From contig BCKQ01000024.1 in NCBI GenBank assembly GCA_001600695.1, positions 55,793 to 119,792 on the forward strand: 64,000 bases of DNA, in the 5' to 3' direction. A program made the translations under genes and the position numbers. Positions 34,921 through 44,900 of this stretch are shown in pieces. Within the stretch, counting starts at the first letter, position 1. Each line of letters begins with the position of its first letter. Origin of the DNA: Ascoidea asiatica JCM 7603 (taxonomy: Eukaryota > Fungi > Ascomycota). The notes beneath the pieces are model-generated. The model saw nothing but the letters and a program-made list of their open reading frames with translations. It made no database searches and had not been told where the DNA came from.

Positions 34921-36462
34921 ATGAGTAAAAAACCACCATCTTCTTCAATTTCTTCATCTCCATTTACTGTATCAAATTCAATTTTAAATAATTTATCAAA
35001 TCAAAAAAAATTAATAACAAATATAAAATCAATAAAATCTTCAAAAAATAATTCAAATAAACCTTCAAATTGGAAAGAATTAGGTGATTATTTAAATTCT
35101 TTAGATGGTTTAACAACTTTAAAAGATTTAAAAGATTTAAAAGATATAAATTCAAATAATTCAACTAATTTAAATATTATTAATAATAATAATGAAAAAA
35201 ATCCATTAAATAATCCTTTAAAATATAGAATTTGTAATATTTGTAAAAGACCAATATTAGAATCTTTTCTTATAAATCATATAAATTCTTGTCTTCTTAA
35301 ACATAATTCTACAAACTTAAACAATAACAATAATAATAATGTAAATAACAATGTAAATAATAATGATAATAATAATAATAATATTAATAATCTCAATTCA
35401 ATAAATAACTCTCAAGATTCTTTAAATCAAAATGGTATTCAAAAAAAACAAAAGAAAACTCCTGGTAGAAAAAGAAAAAATAGTTTATCTAATACTAATA
35501 CTTATAATAATAATGATAATAATAACAATAACAATAACAACAATAACAATAACAACGATAAACCAGTAAAAGAAAAGAAACAAAAAAAAGAAAAGAAATC
35601 AAAACAAAATAAAAAAGATAAACTTGATAAAAATAATATAAGTAATATAAATAGTCCAAATATAAATATAAACTTAAATTCAAATTCAAATTTAAATTCA
35701 AATACAAGTTTAAATTTAATTGATAATTTAAATTCTTCTGATTTAATTATAAATAATAATAGTTCAAATAATCTGACTCCAAAATCAAAATTAAAATCTT
35801 TATCTTTAAATAAAAAAGATAAACAATTAAAAGAAAAACAATTAAAAGATAAACAATCAAAAGAAAAAAAACAAAAACAATTACCAAAATCAAAAATTAA
35901 AGCTCCTGTTGATGTTGAATCTCAATGTGGTGTACCTTTATCAAATGGTGCACTTTGTGCAAGATCTTTAACTTGTAAAATGCACTCAATGGGTTCAAAA
36001 AGAGCTGTACAAGGTAGATCAACTTCTTATGATATTTTATTAGCTGCTTATCAAAGAAAAAATCAAGTTAAATTAGCTGCAAATTTAGCTAATGCTCAAA
36101 CAAAAGAAGATAATTTACTTCATGGTAGTTTAATTCCAATTGATAGTGATGAAGAATATAATTTAGTTTTAAATGGTGTAAAAAATTCAATTCCAAAACC
36201 TTTAGAAATTTCAACAATTATACCAATAAATTCAAAAACTAAATATATCAGAATGTGTCAATTTTTTTCAAAAAGTTTATTACCTTCAAATAATCATTTA
36301 ATATCAAATAATAATAGTAATAATAATAATAATAACGCAAATACAAATACAAATACAAATACAAACATTAACATAAACACTAATAATACTACAAATATCA
36401 ATAACAATAACAAAAATGATAATATTATTAATAATAATTCTTCAATGGACAATCCTAAATGA
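34921..36462 (+). CDS. SGF73: SAGA DUB-module anchor Sgf73 (ataxin-7 homolog)
   Basis: N-terminal Zn finger YRICNICKRP....H...C; SCA7 domain VDVESQCGVPL..G.LCARSLTCKMHSMGSKRAV.GRS. Confidence 0.93.
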   Translation: MSKKPPSSSISSSPFTVSNSILNNLSNQKKLITNIKSIKSSKNNSNKPSNWKELGDYLNSLDGLTTLKDLKDLKDINSNNSTNLNIINNNNEKNPLNNPLKYRICNICKRPILESFLINHINSCLLKHNSTNLNNNNNNNVNNNVNNNDNNNNNINNLNSINNSQDSLNQNGIQKKQKKTPGRKRKNSLSNTNTYNNNDNNNNNNNNNNNNNDKPVKEKKQKKEKKSKQNKKDKLDKNNISNINSPNININLNSNSNLNSNTSLNLIDNLNSSDLIINNNSSNNLTPKSKLKSLSLNKKDKQLKEKQLKDKQSKEKKQKQLPKSKIKAPVDVESQCGVPLSNGALCARSLTCKMHSMGSKRAVQGRSTSYDILLAAYQRKNQVKLAANLANAQTKEDNLLHGSLIPIDSDEEYNLVLNGVKNSIPKPLEISTIIPINSKTKYIRMCQFFSKSLLPSNNHLISNNNSNNNNNNANTNTNTNTNININTNNTTNINNNNKNDNIINNNSSMDNPK

Positions 36463-36901
36463 TTTTTTTTTTTCTCTTTATTTACTCACTTACCAACTTA
36501 CCAACTTACTCACTTACTCACTTATTTAGTTCTAATATTTTTTATCTTTTCTATCTTTTCTATCTTTTCTATTGTTTGTATTATTATCCAATTAATTTAA
36601 ATATATAATACTTATATTATTATTTACAATATATTTATAGTTACTCACATTCATATCCTCATTCATATATATATTTATATATATATATATATATACATAT
36701 ATATTGCATTTCTTTTTATCATTTACTATAACTCTCTTTACATATTTAATTCTGAGACTTTATTCAACAACCTTTACCTTTAACTTTACAACTATTACAG
36801 TTAATATCATGTAGATTAATATGTAAATTATCATAGATTATTATTTATTCATTGTTTTCTCACCACATTTTGCATTTCCCGATTGGGATTATTTTGAAAC
36901 A

Positions 36902-36907
36902 ACGCGT
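36902..36907. promoter_or_regulatory. MCB element ACGCGT upstream of ECO1
   Basis: AACGCGTT at 36901-36908, about 340 bp upstream of an S-phase cohesion gene. Confidence 0.6.
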
Positions 36908-37242
36908 TTTGTTTACATTCTGTAACATCAACAGTTAACGTTAACAAACAATTCACTTCACTACTACTGTACTGTACCATCAGTAAAGTTGACGGTAAAG
37001 TTAAATCTTCTCATACTTAACCACATACTTAAATATTTTATATCTTTTATCTTTCTTTATTGTGTAAATATTCATGATTTCATAACTAAATAATAATAAT
37101 AACAATAACAATAACAACAACAACAATAATAATAATAAAACAAAAACACATTTAATCAAATGATCAATTGATTAATCTTTAATCTAATATTAAAACTTCA
37201 ATTAAATAAAATTTATATGTTTTCAAATAATTATTTTATAAA

Positions 37243-40200
37243 ATGCCTAAAAGAAAACTTCAAAAACTTACAACCATAAGTCCAAGAAAAAGAATTAAAA
37301 AATCTAATTTAAAAAAATTAAATAATATTCCAATAAATTTATCAATATCAAGAGATAATAATAGAAAAATTTTATTAGAAAAAGAACCTGAAAGATTAAA
37401 AATTAAAAATTCAAAAAATTTTATAAATATTGATCAAGAAAATAATTTAAATCATAAAAAAAAATATAAACATAAAGATATAAATAATGATATAAATAAA
37501 GATATAAATAATAATATAAATAAAGATAAAGATAAAGATAAAGATATTGAAATGAATAAAAATGAGAGAAAAAATATACTTAAATCAAATAAATTTCCAA
37601 AATTACAATATCAAACTCCACTGGATCATCATTTTAAAGATGATTTAATGTTATTATCTCCAACTGATAAATCTTCACCATTAAAATCTTCTTTAAGAAA
37701 AAAAAAAAATCAAAGTTCAATTAAAAAAAAAAGTAATCTGAGAAATTGGAATTATGATTCTTTAATTGATTTAGCAATGAAATCAAATAGTGATTCTATT
37801 AATAATGATCTCATTAATAATGATTTTATTAATAATCAAATTAATATATCAAATCCATCTAAATTACCTATTCTTAATAATAATTTAAATTTCTCTGATA
37901 CAATTCAACCTAAAAAATTAGATTTTTCATCTCCTTCAAATAGATTTAAAACTTCTAAAATCATAAATGATAATATACTCCAATCATCAAAACCTTCAAA
38001 AGACCTAAAATCAACAGAAATAACAGGAATAACAAGAATAACAGAAGAATTAAAAGAATTAAAAGAATTAAAAGAATTAAAAGAATCAAAGGAATCAAAG
38101 GAATTAAGCAAATCAAAGAAAGTAAAGAAATCAAAGATTATAGGGGATATAGAGGATATAGATCAAAAAGATAAAGACTCTGTAGAATCAACGGATTCTT
38201 CTCTTTTACTCATTTCCGAAGAATTGATATCACCAATAAGTCAAAAAATTATTCCCTTAGATTTACAAATTGAAGATAAAAAAAATGAAAAAAAATTAAC
38301 AATTCCTATATCTAAATCAACGGTTACACCTAAAAATGAAAATAAAATGAATTCAAGAAAAAAATCAACTCCTCGTAAAATTAAAACAAATTCTAAAAAC
38401 AGTAAGAATCTCAAAACAATTGAGAAAAAAAAAGATATTCTTGAATTGGTTCGTTCATTTAATACCACTCAACAAGAAAAATTATCCACAAACTCATCCA
38501 CAAAACCACTTGAAAATTCATACATCCTTCAGAATTCAAATATTTCACAACAGTCAAATTCTATATTGGATATTAATGATAATAATAATTTCTCTTTACC
38601 TTTACCCAAACCTATAACCAGAATTCAAAATCAACAAAAGACGAATAATAAATTTAATGTTAAAAAAAAAATTGATAATATTCCAAACACTTTCAATGAT
38701 GTTCATAATATATTTGAAGTAAAGAATATTTCAATAGAAAATCAGGATTCTGAATTGAAGAATAATGATAATAAAAATGATAATGAAAATGATAATAAAA
38801 ATGATAATGAAAATGATAATAAAAATAATAAAAAAAATGATAAAAAATTTAAATCTAATAAAGAAATAAAGTCAAAAAAGAATCATAGAAATAATAGTAA
38901 CGTTAAAGAAACTTTTCGAAAATCTGATAAAAGTTCTATATATTCAGATTTTGAAATCCTTCTGGTAAATGAAACTCCTCCTACTACGAGTCATGAAGAT
39001 GAAAAGTTAAAGGATCTTAATACAACAATTGGATCCAGAATAAGGCAAAGAGCAAGAGTATCTAAAATTAATGCCACAAAAAATATTCATAGTGCTTTTC
39101 AAGAACATAAATCTGATTTTTTGGAGAGTCAAAATCTGGAAGTTAACTATACTGCCTTAGATAATCCTCCTATTTCTAATACTTCTGATTCTACTTCAAT
39201 CACAAACAAAATAACTGAAAGGACTCCTCAACATAATAAACAATCACTTGATATGACAAATGAATCAAATAATCTTGACCAGGTTCATCATTCATTTAAA
39301 GATATATTTAAAAATAGTCCAGAAAAAGTGGCTCAAAGAAAAAAATTTACTTTTAATTTTAATACAACTGATTATATGAAAAAACAATATGATAACTCTT
39401 TTAAAAAATTATTTGAAATGGATGAAGATTTAGACCCAATAGATCTAAATGATTTAAAAAGTAATTGGAAAACAATAATTAATAAATATTCTAAAAATGA
39501 GTTAAAAAAGAAAAGTAGTAGTCCTGTAAAAGTGAATAGTAGTCCTGCAAAACTTCAAAATAAAGATTATATACCTATACCTGAAAAAAATACTGAAAGA
39601 AATATCACTAATAAAAATAAATTAAAACATATTCATACAAAAGAATATAAAGATTTAGATAAAGATAAATTTTTAGAAAATCAAAATCAATCTTTTTTAG
39701 AACTATCATCAATTCCTGATATGAAAGTATTCAGTCAAATAAAGCAAGTAAAAAGAAGAATGTCTGAAAATGAGCCAAATTCAAATAAACTGCCCAAAAA
39801 TGATAAAAATATTAATTCTAAAACAAAAAATTTAGAAATAAAATCTTATGTAAATAGATATAAGCAATTAGAAGATTATCAAGTACCGTCTTCTCCAACT
39901 TATTATGGACCAAATCGAATAGAAAATTTTGCTGGATTTGAAACATATACTACCCCAATTACATCTCCTTTAAGGAATATAAGGCATTCTTTACCATTAC
40001 CTAATAAATCACTGTCTGCCTTTAATATTAAATCAGATTCTAAACTGTCGATTTCTAAGGGAGTGAAAAAAGAAAAATTTCAGTCTATTTTAAATGTTTC
40101 TGGTAAATCATTAAAGACAACTTGTAAAGAATGTTTTATGACCTATATATCTAGTATTAAAGAGGATGAGTTATTGCATAAGAATTATCATCAAAAATAT

Positions 40201-40899
40201 TTAACTGGTTTGAGCTGGCAACCAACATGGGGAAAGAAAGTTTGTAATAGTATATCTGACTTAGATTTACCAAACAGGTGTAAGAATTATCTTGATTATT
40301 CAAATAGAGTTATAAGAGATGGTGGCATTTTTGAAATTGAGTACAACAAAAAAAATGAGGTCTTAGCAATTTTACAGTTATTGGAAATGATCAATAATGA
40401 ATTAAATGCTCCTCTAGATTGGTATTCAAAAATGTTCAAAAGTTTTGATATTGATAATGCTACTAATAATTCACTTAAAGAAATTAAAGAAGAAGGTATT
40501 AACAAAGGAAAACTTTATGTCTATATTTACAATAAAAAAATAATAGGATTAGTTTCTTTTGAAAAATTAACTTCATTTCAAACATCTAGTACTAAACTTA
40601 TGAATGTGGAAACTCAAGATATTTTAACTTTTAAAAAGAATTCTAGTAAATCCTTGAAGATTCCAGATGCTTATTATGGAATTTCAAGGATTTTTGTTTT
40701 AAAAAAGTATAGAAGGTGTAAAATTGCTTTAATTCTTCTCTATACTGGTTTAAATGAATTAATATATGGATTAAAGCTAAATAGATTTCAAATTGCATGG
40801 TCTCAGCCAAGTTTTAGTGGATTGAAATTAGCGAAAAGTTTTAACCTAATATTAGATAAAAAAACTAAAAATAATTATATACCTGTATATGTAGAATAG
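37243..40899 (+). CDS. ECO1: Cohesin acetyltransferase Eco1/Ctf7 with very long N-terminal extension
   Basis: C-terminal PIP-like QSILNV, C2H2 finger CKECFMTY....EDELLHKNYH, INNELNAP, GISRIFV...RRCKIA, IAWSQPS.SG. Confidence 0.9.
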   Translation: MPKRKLQKLTTISPRKRIKKSNLKKLNNIPINLSISRDNNRKILLEKEPERLKIKNSKNFINIDQENNLNHKKKYKHKDINNDINKDINNNINKDKDKDKDIEMNKNERKNILKSNKFPKLQYQTPLDHHFKDDLMLLSPTDKSSPLKSSLRKKKNQSSIKKKSNLRNWNYDSLIDLAMKSNSDSINNDLINNDFINNQINISNPSKLPILNNNLNFSDTIQPKKLDFSSPSNRFKTSKIINDNILQSSKPSKDLKSTEITGITRITEELKELKELKELKESKESKELSKSKKVKKSKIIGDIEDIDQKDKDSVESTDSSLLLISEELISPISQKIIPLDLQIEDKKNEKKLTIPISKSTVTPKNENKMNSRKKSTPRKIKTNSKNSKNLKTIEKKKDILELVRSFNTTQQEKLSTNSSTKPLENSYILQNSNISQQSNSILDINDNNNFSLPLPKPITRIQNQQKTNNKFNVKKKIDNIPNTFNDVHNIFEVKNISIENQDSELKNNDNKNDNENDNKNDNENDNKNNKKNDKKFKSNKEIKSKKNHRNNSNVKETFRKSDKSSIYSDFEILLVNETPPTTSHEDEKLKDLNTTIGSRIRQRARVSKINATKNIHSAFQEHKSDFLESQNLEVNYTALDNPPISNTSDSTSITNKITERTPQHNKQSLDMTNESNNLDQVHHSFKDIFKNSPEKVAQRKKFTFNFNTTDYMKKQYDNSFKKLFEMDEDLDPIDLNDLKSNWKTIINKYSKNELKKKSSSPVKVNSSPAKLQNKDYIPIPEKNTERNITNKNKLKHIHTKEYKDLDKDKFLENQNQSFLELSSIPDMKVFSQIKQVKRRMSENEPNSNKLPKNDKNINSKTKNLEIKSYVNRYKQLEDYQVPSSPTYYGPNRIENFAGFETYTTPITSPLRNIRHSLPLPNKSLSAFNIKSDSKLSISKGVKKEKFQSILNVSGKSLKTTCKECFMTYISSIKEDELLHKNYHQKYLTGLSWQPTWGKKVCNSISDLDLPNRCKNYLDYSNRVIRDGGIFEIEYNKKNEVLAILQLLEMINNELNAPLDWYSKMFKSFDIDNATNNSLKEIKEEGINKGKLYVYIYNKKIIGLVSFEKLTSFQTSSTKLMNVETQDILTFKKNSSKSLKIPDAYYGISRIFVLKKYRRCKIALILLYTGLNELIYGLKLNRFQIAWSQPSFSGLKLAKSFNLILDKKTKNNYIPVYVE

Positions 40900-42545
40900 A
40901 TTCAATTTTTTTCAGGGAATGCTTGGTTAATGAGAGGTTTTTAAAATGGTTTAAATAACAAGCATATAAGAATATGATATATAATATAGTTAGTTTTATT
41001 GAATGAATATTTTTTTTAAAGTTATTCATATCTACAGTAACGTCAGTAAAGTTCAAATGTAACGTGGTATAAACAGGAATTAACTATAAAAAAGGATTTT
41101 GGAAAATGATTTTCCATTTAACCCAAAACCTTATTCGGAGTCCCAGAATACTCAAGCAGCCGCACAAAAACGCAGCCGAAATAATATTTCATTCATTTTC
41201 CAATCGAGATTTTGGTAAAAAGGAAAAACAAGAGTTTAGAAACAAATTAAAGTCTCTTTTTGGGGTTCGTGCTCACTATTCAATGGTGAAAAACCAATCA
41301 ATATTTTGGAAGAATATACGAAAACCTGATCCATCTATTTGTGGTAAGAAATACTTTACTAGTCTTTTGGCAATAAATGAAATTGATATAAAGTGTATTA
41401 TTCAACAATGCATTTTCTTTTGCAAGCTTGTTATCCTTTTTACAGACAAAAAAGGATTATTCTGAAGATAAAAATCTTAGAGGGGAGGTTCTAAAAAATA
41501 ATTGAGAAAGTAAAAGAATATCCCCACCATAATACCTAACGTTACTCTGCTGGATTTTTTACTTTTAGCAGTAATATTATATCTAAGATGCATATTATAT
41601 TTTTTTTGACAAAAAATTATTCCAAGTTTAGTCTTCCAGAGGACTTCATCGATAATACATTGATTTCTCCACTTTTTATTATACTATTTTCTCCAGGTTT
41701 CTCTTTAAGCTAAAATGCTTTCGACTTATACAACAAAAATTCAAGCTCGAATTTTTTGATCAAAAAAAAGAAGCTTGTGCTATTCATAATTTGAGTGATA
41801 TCAAAAGATGAACAGAATTTTACATAAAAACAAAAATTTTGAAGATCAAGGAGATCAAGGCGTTATTAAGATATTGTTAATTAAAAATTTTTCAATGCTA
41901 AATAAACTATAAAGCTTTAACGGAAGTCCCTAACTCAACTATTGCATGTATACTGCTTTGAACCTTTTAAAGAGTGACAAAACTTTCCATTATTGAAAAC
42001 CAGAATGATCAAGTAATATGCCTCTGTAAATACTCATAATCTATTTGAAAATAATTATTAGATACATTTCAAGATCTGAAACTGTATTCAGGTCTGCTTT
42101 GGTTGTGCTTGGAGAAAAAAAAAAAATATTTTCCATTCTTACTAAACTTTTTTTTTCATTTGCTTTTTTTACTCTATGTTTATTTAATTGGTCAGAAACA
42201 TATCTCAATATTAATTTGACAATTTAAATCTGTTTTTTTACCTAATGAACATATTTTCTTTCTACTTTGAGATTATGATACTACTAAGGTAAAAAACTAT
42301 TGTCTGAGAATGATGAAATAGCAAAACTAGATAGTAGTGCTGTTGCAATTTCAACAGTCTATAAATAAAAATAAAGCAATAGTATTCTTATAACGGTTAT
42401 TGAAATATGAAGAACTTTACATATTATTGCCATGTGTTTCAAATTTTTTAAAATCGGTTTTTAATTTAAAAGCTTTGAAATTCCTGTTATTTTTTTGACT
42501 TGTTAATGAATTTAGATTCTTCATTTTTTCTGATTAACATAAAAG

Positions 42546-44405
42546 ATGCAACTAAAAGAATTCACTTTAGAAAGAAAAAACTCATTCAACTCTTATAATA
42601 ACGAGTTTCTAAATCAATTCAATGATGATTTTTCTGTTGATATTGCATCACGACAGGAAAAGAATCCAAAAATTGAAGCTGATAATTTGAAATTCAAGAA
42701 GTTTGATAATAGCTCATTTTCAACCACAACAAATAACAATTCAAACACTATTTCAAATGATGATGATAGATCAATAAATACAAGTAGTACATCCTCTACT
42801 TTATATAGGCAGGTGTCATATGAATTGCATCGTGTAACATCTGAACAACCATTGGCATTAACAGAAGGTCATAAGCTTATACATAGACTTAAATTTTATG
42901 ATTTAGCTGCATTAAGTATATCTGGTACAACCGGTTCAGGAATTTTAGCAGCTTCGGGATATGCATTATGTATTGGGGGTTGTGGTAGTTTATTGATAGG
43001 ATTTTTAATAGTTTCAATGGTTGCATTTACAGTTATTAGTTGTTTATGTGAAATGGCATCATATATTCCATTACCAGATGGATGTGCAGGATATGCTTCA
43101 CGATATGTTGATCCAGCATTTGGTTTTGCAAGTGGATACTTTTATTTTTTTAAATATTTAATATTAGCACCAACACAAATTTCAGCTGCATCAGTTGCAA
43201 TTCAATATTGGGTTGATAGAGATACAGTAAACCCAGCAGTTTGGGTTACCATTTTTATATGCTTAGATTTACTTTGTAATTTTCTTGGAATTAGTTTTTA
43301 TGCAACAATTATTAGAAGTTTTACAGTATTCAAACTAATTATATTTACAGGAATTATAATTTTTTCATTTACATTAGCAATGGGAGGTAGTCCTGATCAT
43401 GATAGAATAGGCTTTAGATATTGGAAAAATCCAGGAGCATTTTCAGAATATGAAAATATCAGTGGCTCTAAAGGTAGATTTATTGCATTTTTAGCTTCAT
43501 TAGTTCCAATAATTTATCCATTTTCTGGAGTTGAAATGTATGGATCTGCTTTAGCAGAAACTCATAGTCCTATAAGAAAAAATATAATTTCTGCGAAAAA
43601 ATTTATAAGCTGGACACTTGGAGTATTTTATCTTTGTTTAATAATTTTAATTGGAATGATTTTACCTTATAATAATTCATCGTTAATTAAAGGAACTACC
43701 GATGAAAAAGATTTCACAACATCTACTTCACCTTTTGTCATTGCTGCAGTTAATTCAGGTATACCTATAATGGAACATATAATTAACGGGTCATTATTAT
43801 TTTGTGTATTTACAGCTTCAAACACAGAGCTTTATGTAAGTATTAGAGCATTATATGGATTATCAATTGGAGGAATGGCACCAGCAATGTTTTCAAAAAC
43901 AAATAAAAGAGGACTTCCATATAATTCATTTATATTTTGTTCAATATTCTGTTCATTAGGATTTGTAAATGCAGGAGAATCATCTAAGGAAATCTATAAT
44001 TATTTTTTAAATATTGATACATTATTTGTTTTATTTTCATGGTTAACGATTTTAATCTCATATATTAGATTTAATAAAGCAATTAAAGTCCAAGGAATTG
44101 ATAAAAAAGAATTACATTATTCAACTCCGGGGTCACCATATACAACGTATGCTTCATTAGTGTTCGTACTAATAATGATGTTGATTAAAAATTTTACTGT
44201 TTTTTTAAATAGTTCAAAATTTAGTTATGCAACTTTTATTTCAGGATATATTGGAATTCCAATTTTCTTCATTTTATTCTTCGGTTATAAATATTTTCAT
44301 AAAACTCATTTTTTGAAGTCTGAAGAGGTTGATCTTTTTTTATATAAAGATATTATTGATGCAGAAGAGGAAGCTTATTTTAGAGATAAAAAGAATAGTG
44401 TATAA
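42546..44405 (+). CDS. APC/YAT amino-acid permease, divergent DIP5-like
   Basis: Multiple hydrophobic TM segments; CEMASYIP, ASRYVDPAFGFA.G, GGSPDHDRIGFRYWKNPGAF, SPFVIA, FISGYIGIP. Confidence 0.9.
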   Translation: MQLKEFTLERKNSFNSYNNEFLNQFNDDFSVDIASRQEKNPKIEADNLKFKKFDNSSFSTTTNNNSNTISNDDDRSINTSSTSSTLYRQVSYELHRVTSEQPLALTEGHKLIHRLKFYDLAALSISGTTGSGILAASGYALCIGGCGSLLIGFLIVSMVAFTVISCLCEMASYIPLPDGCAGYASRYVDPAFGFASGYFYFFKYLILAPTQISAASVAIQYWVDRDTVNPAVWVTIFICLDLLCNFLGISFYATIIRSFTVFKLIIFTGIIIFSFTLAMGGSPDHDRIGFRYWKNPGAFSEYENISGSKGRFIAFLASLVPIIYPFSGVEMYGSALAETHSPIRKNIISAKKFISWTLGVFYLCLIILIGMILPYNNSSLIKGTTDEKDFTTSTSPFVIAAVNSGIPIMEHIINGSLLFCVFTASNTELYVSIRALYGLSIGGMAPAMFSKTNKRGLPYNSFIFCSIFCSLGFVNAGESSKEIYNYFLNIDTLFVLFSWLTILISYIRFNKAIKVQGIDKKELHYSTPGSPYTTYASLVFVLIMMLIKNFTVFLNSSKFSYATFISGYIGIPIFFILFFGYKYFHKTHFLKSEEVDLFLYKDIIDAEEEAYFRDKKNSV

Positions 44406-44900
44406 ATAGGAGTTTCAATCTTCTTTTGTAATTGCCTATTCTTGACTTTCCTATTCAATTTGACAGTCTTATTTCTGAGATCAATTTACGATTAATGATA
44501 ATAATAGTATTTGTAGTTTTTGAATAGTTTAACTTTCAATGAAGTCTTTTTAAATCGAATACTTTGAATATCTCGAGTTGAGGCTGTCAGAGTGCAGCTG
44601 GCCATTTGGCATTGCCAATCGGCTTCTGGGTCTGGAGCGCAGCGTGCAAGCCTCTGCGAAGGTCCACAACTCACTCTATCCACGCAATCAAACCACAAAT
44701 TCGTGCTTTTGAAATACTTGAAATAGTTGGAAACAATGTATTTTAAAAGGTCTTAAAAGGGAGGTTCAAAGACAGTTATAAAAGCCAGTTTTCACTTTAA
44801 ATACAAAACAAATTGCTCGTGGATTTGATCAATTGTCTTGGGAAGAAATAGTTTGAACAATTCAGGATCGAGACTACCCACCATTACACTAGAAAACAAA

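Noticed and set aside
3129-40505. Many short antisense ORFs (e.g. 3129-3314, 6829-7107, 8464-8793, 31532-31948, 33410-33730)
   Set aside because: They are shadow frames of real genes; the poly-Leu/Ile content is the reverse complement of AAT repeats.
41106-41900. Possible Tc1/mariner transposase relic on the - strand (KWRNQCIIDE, VLWWGYS, FRIFFQN fragments) and ORF 41106-41465
   Set aside because: The fragments lie in different frames, there are no TIRs or complete DDE motif, and the WWG piece coincides with a Mig1-like CCCCAC site. It needs frameshift-aware BLASTX before any claim.
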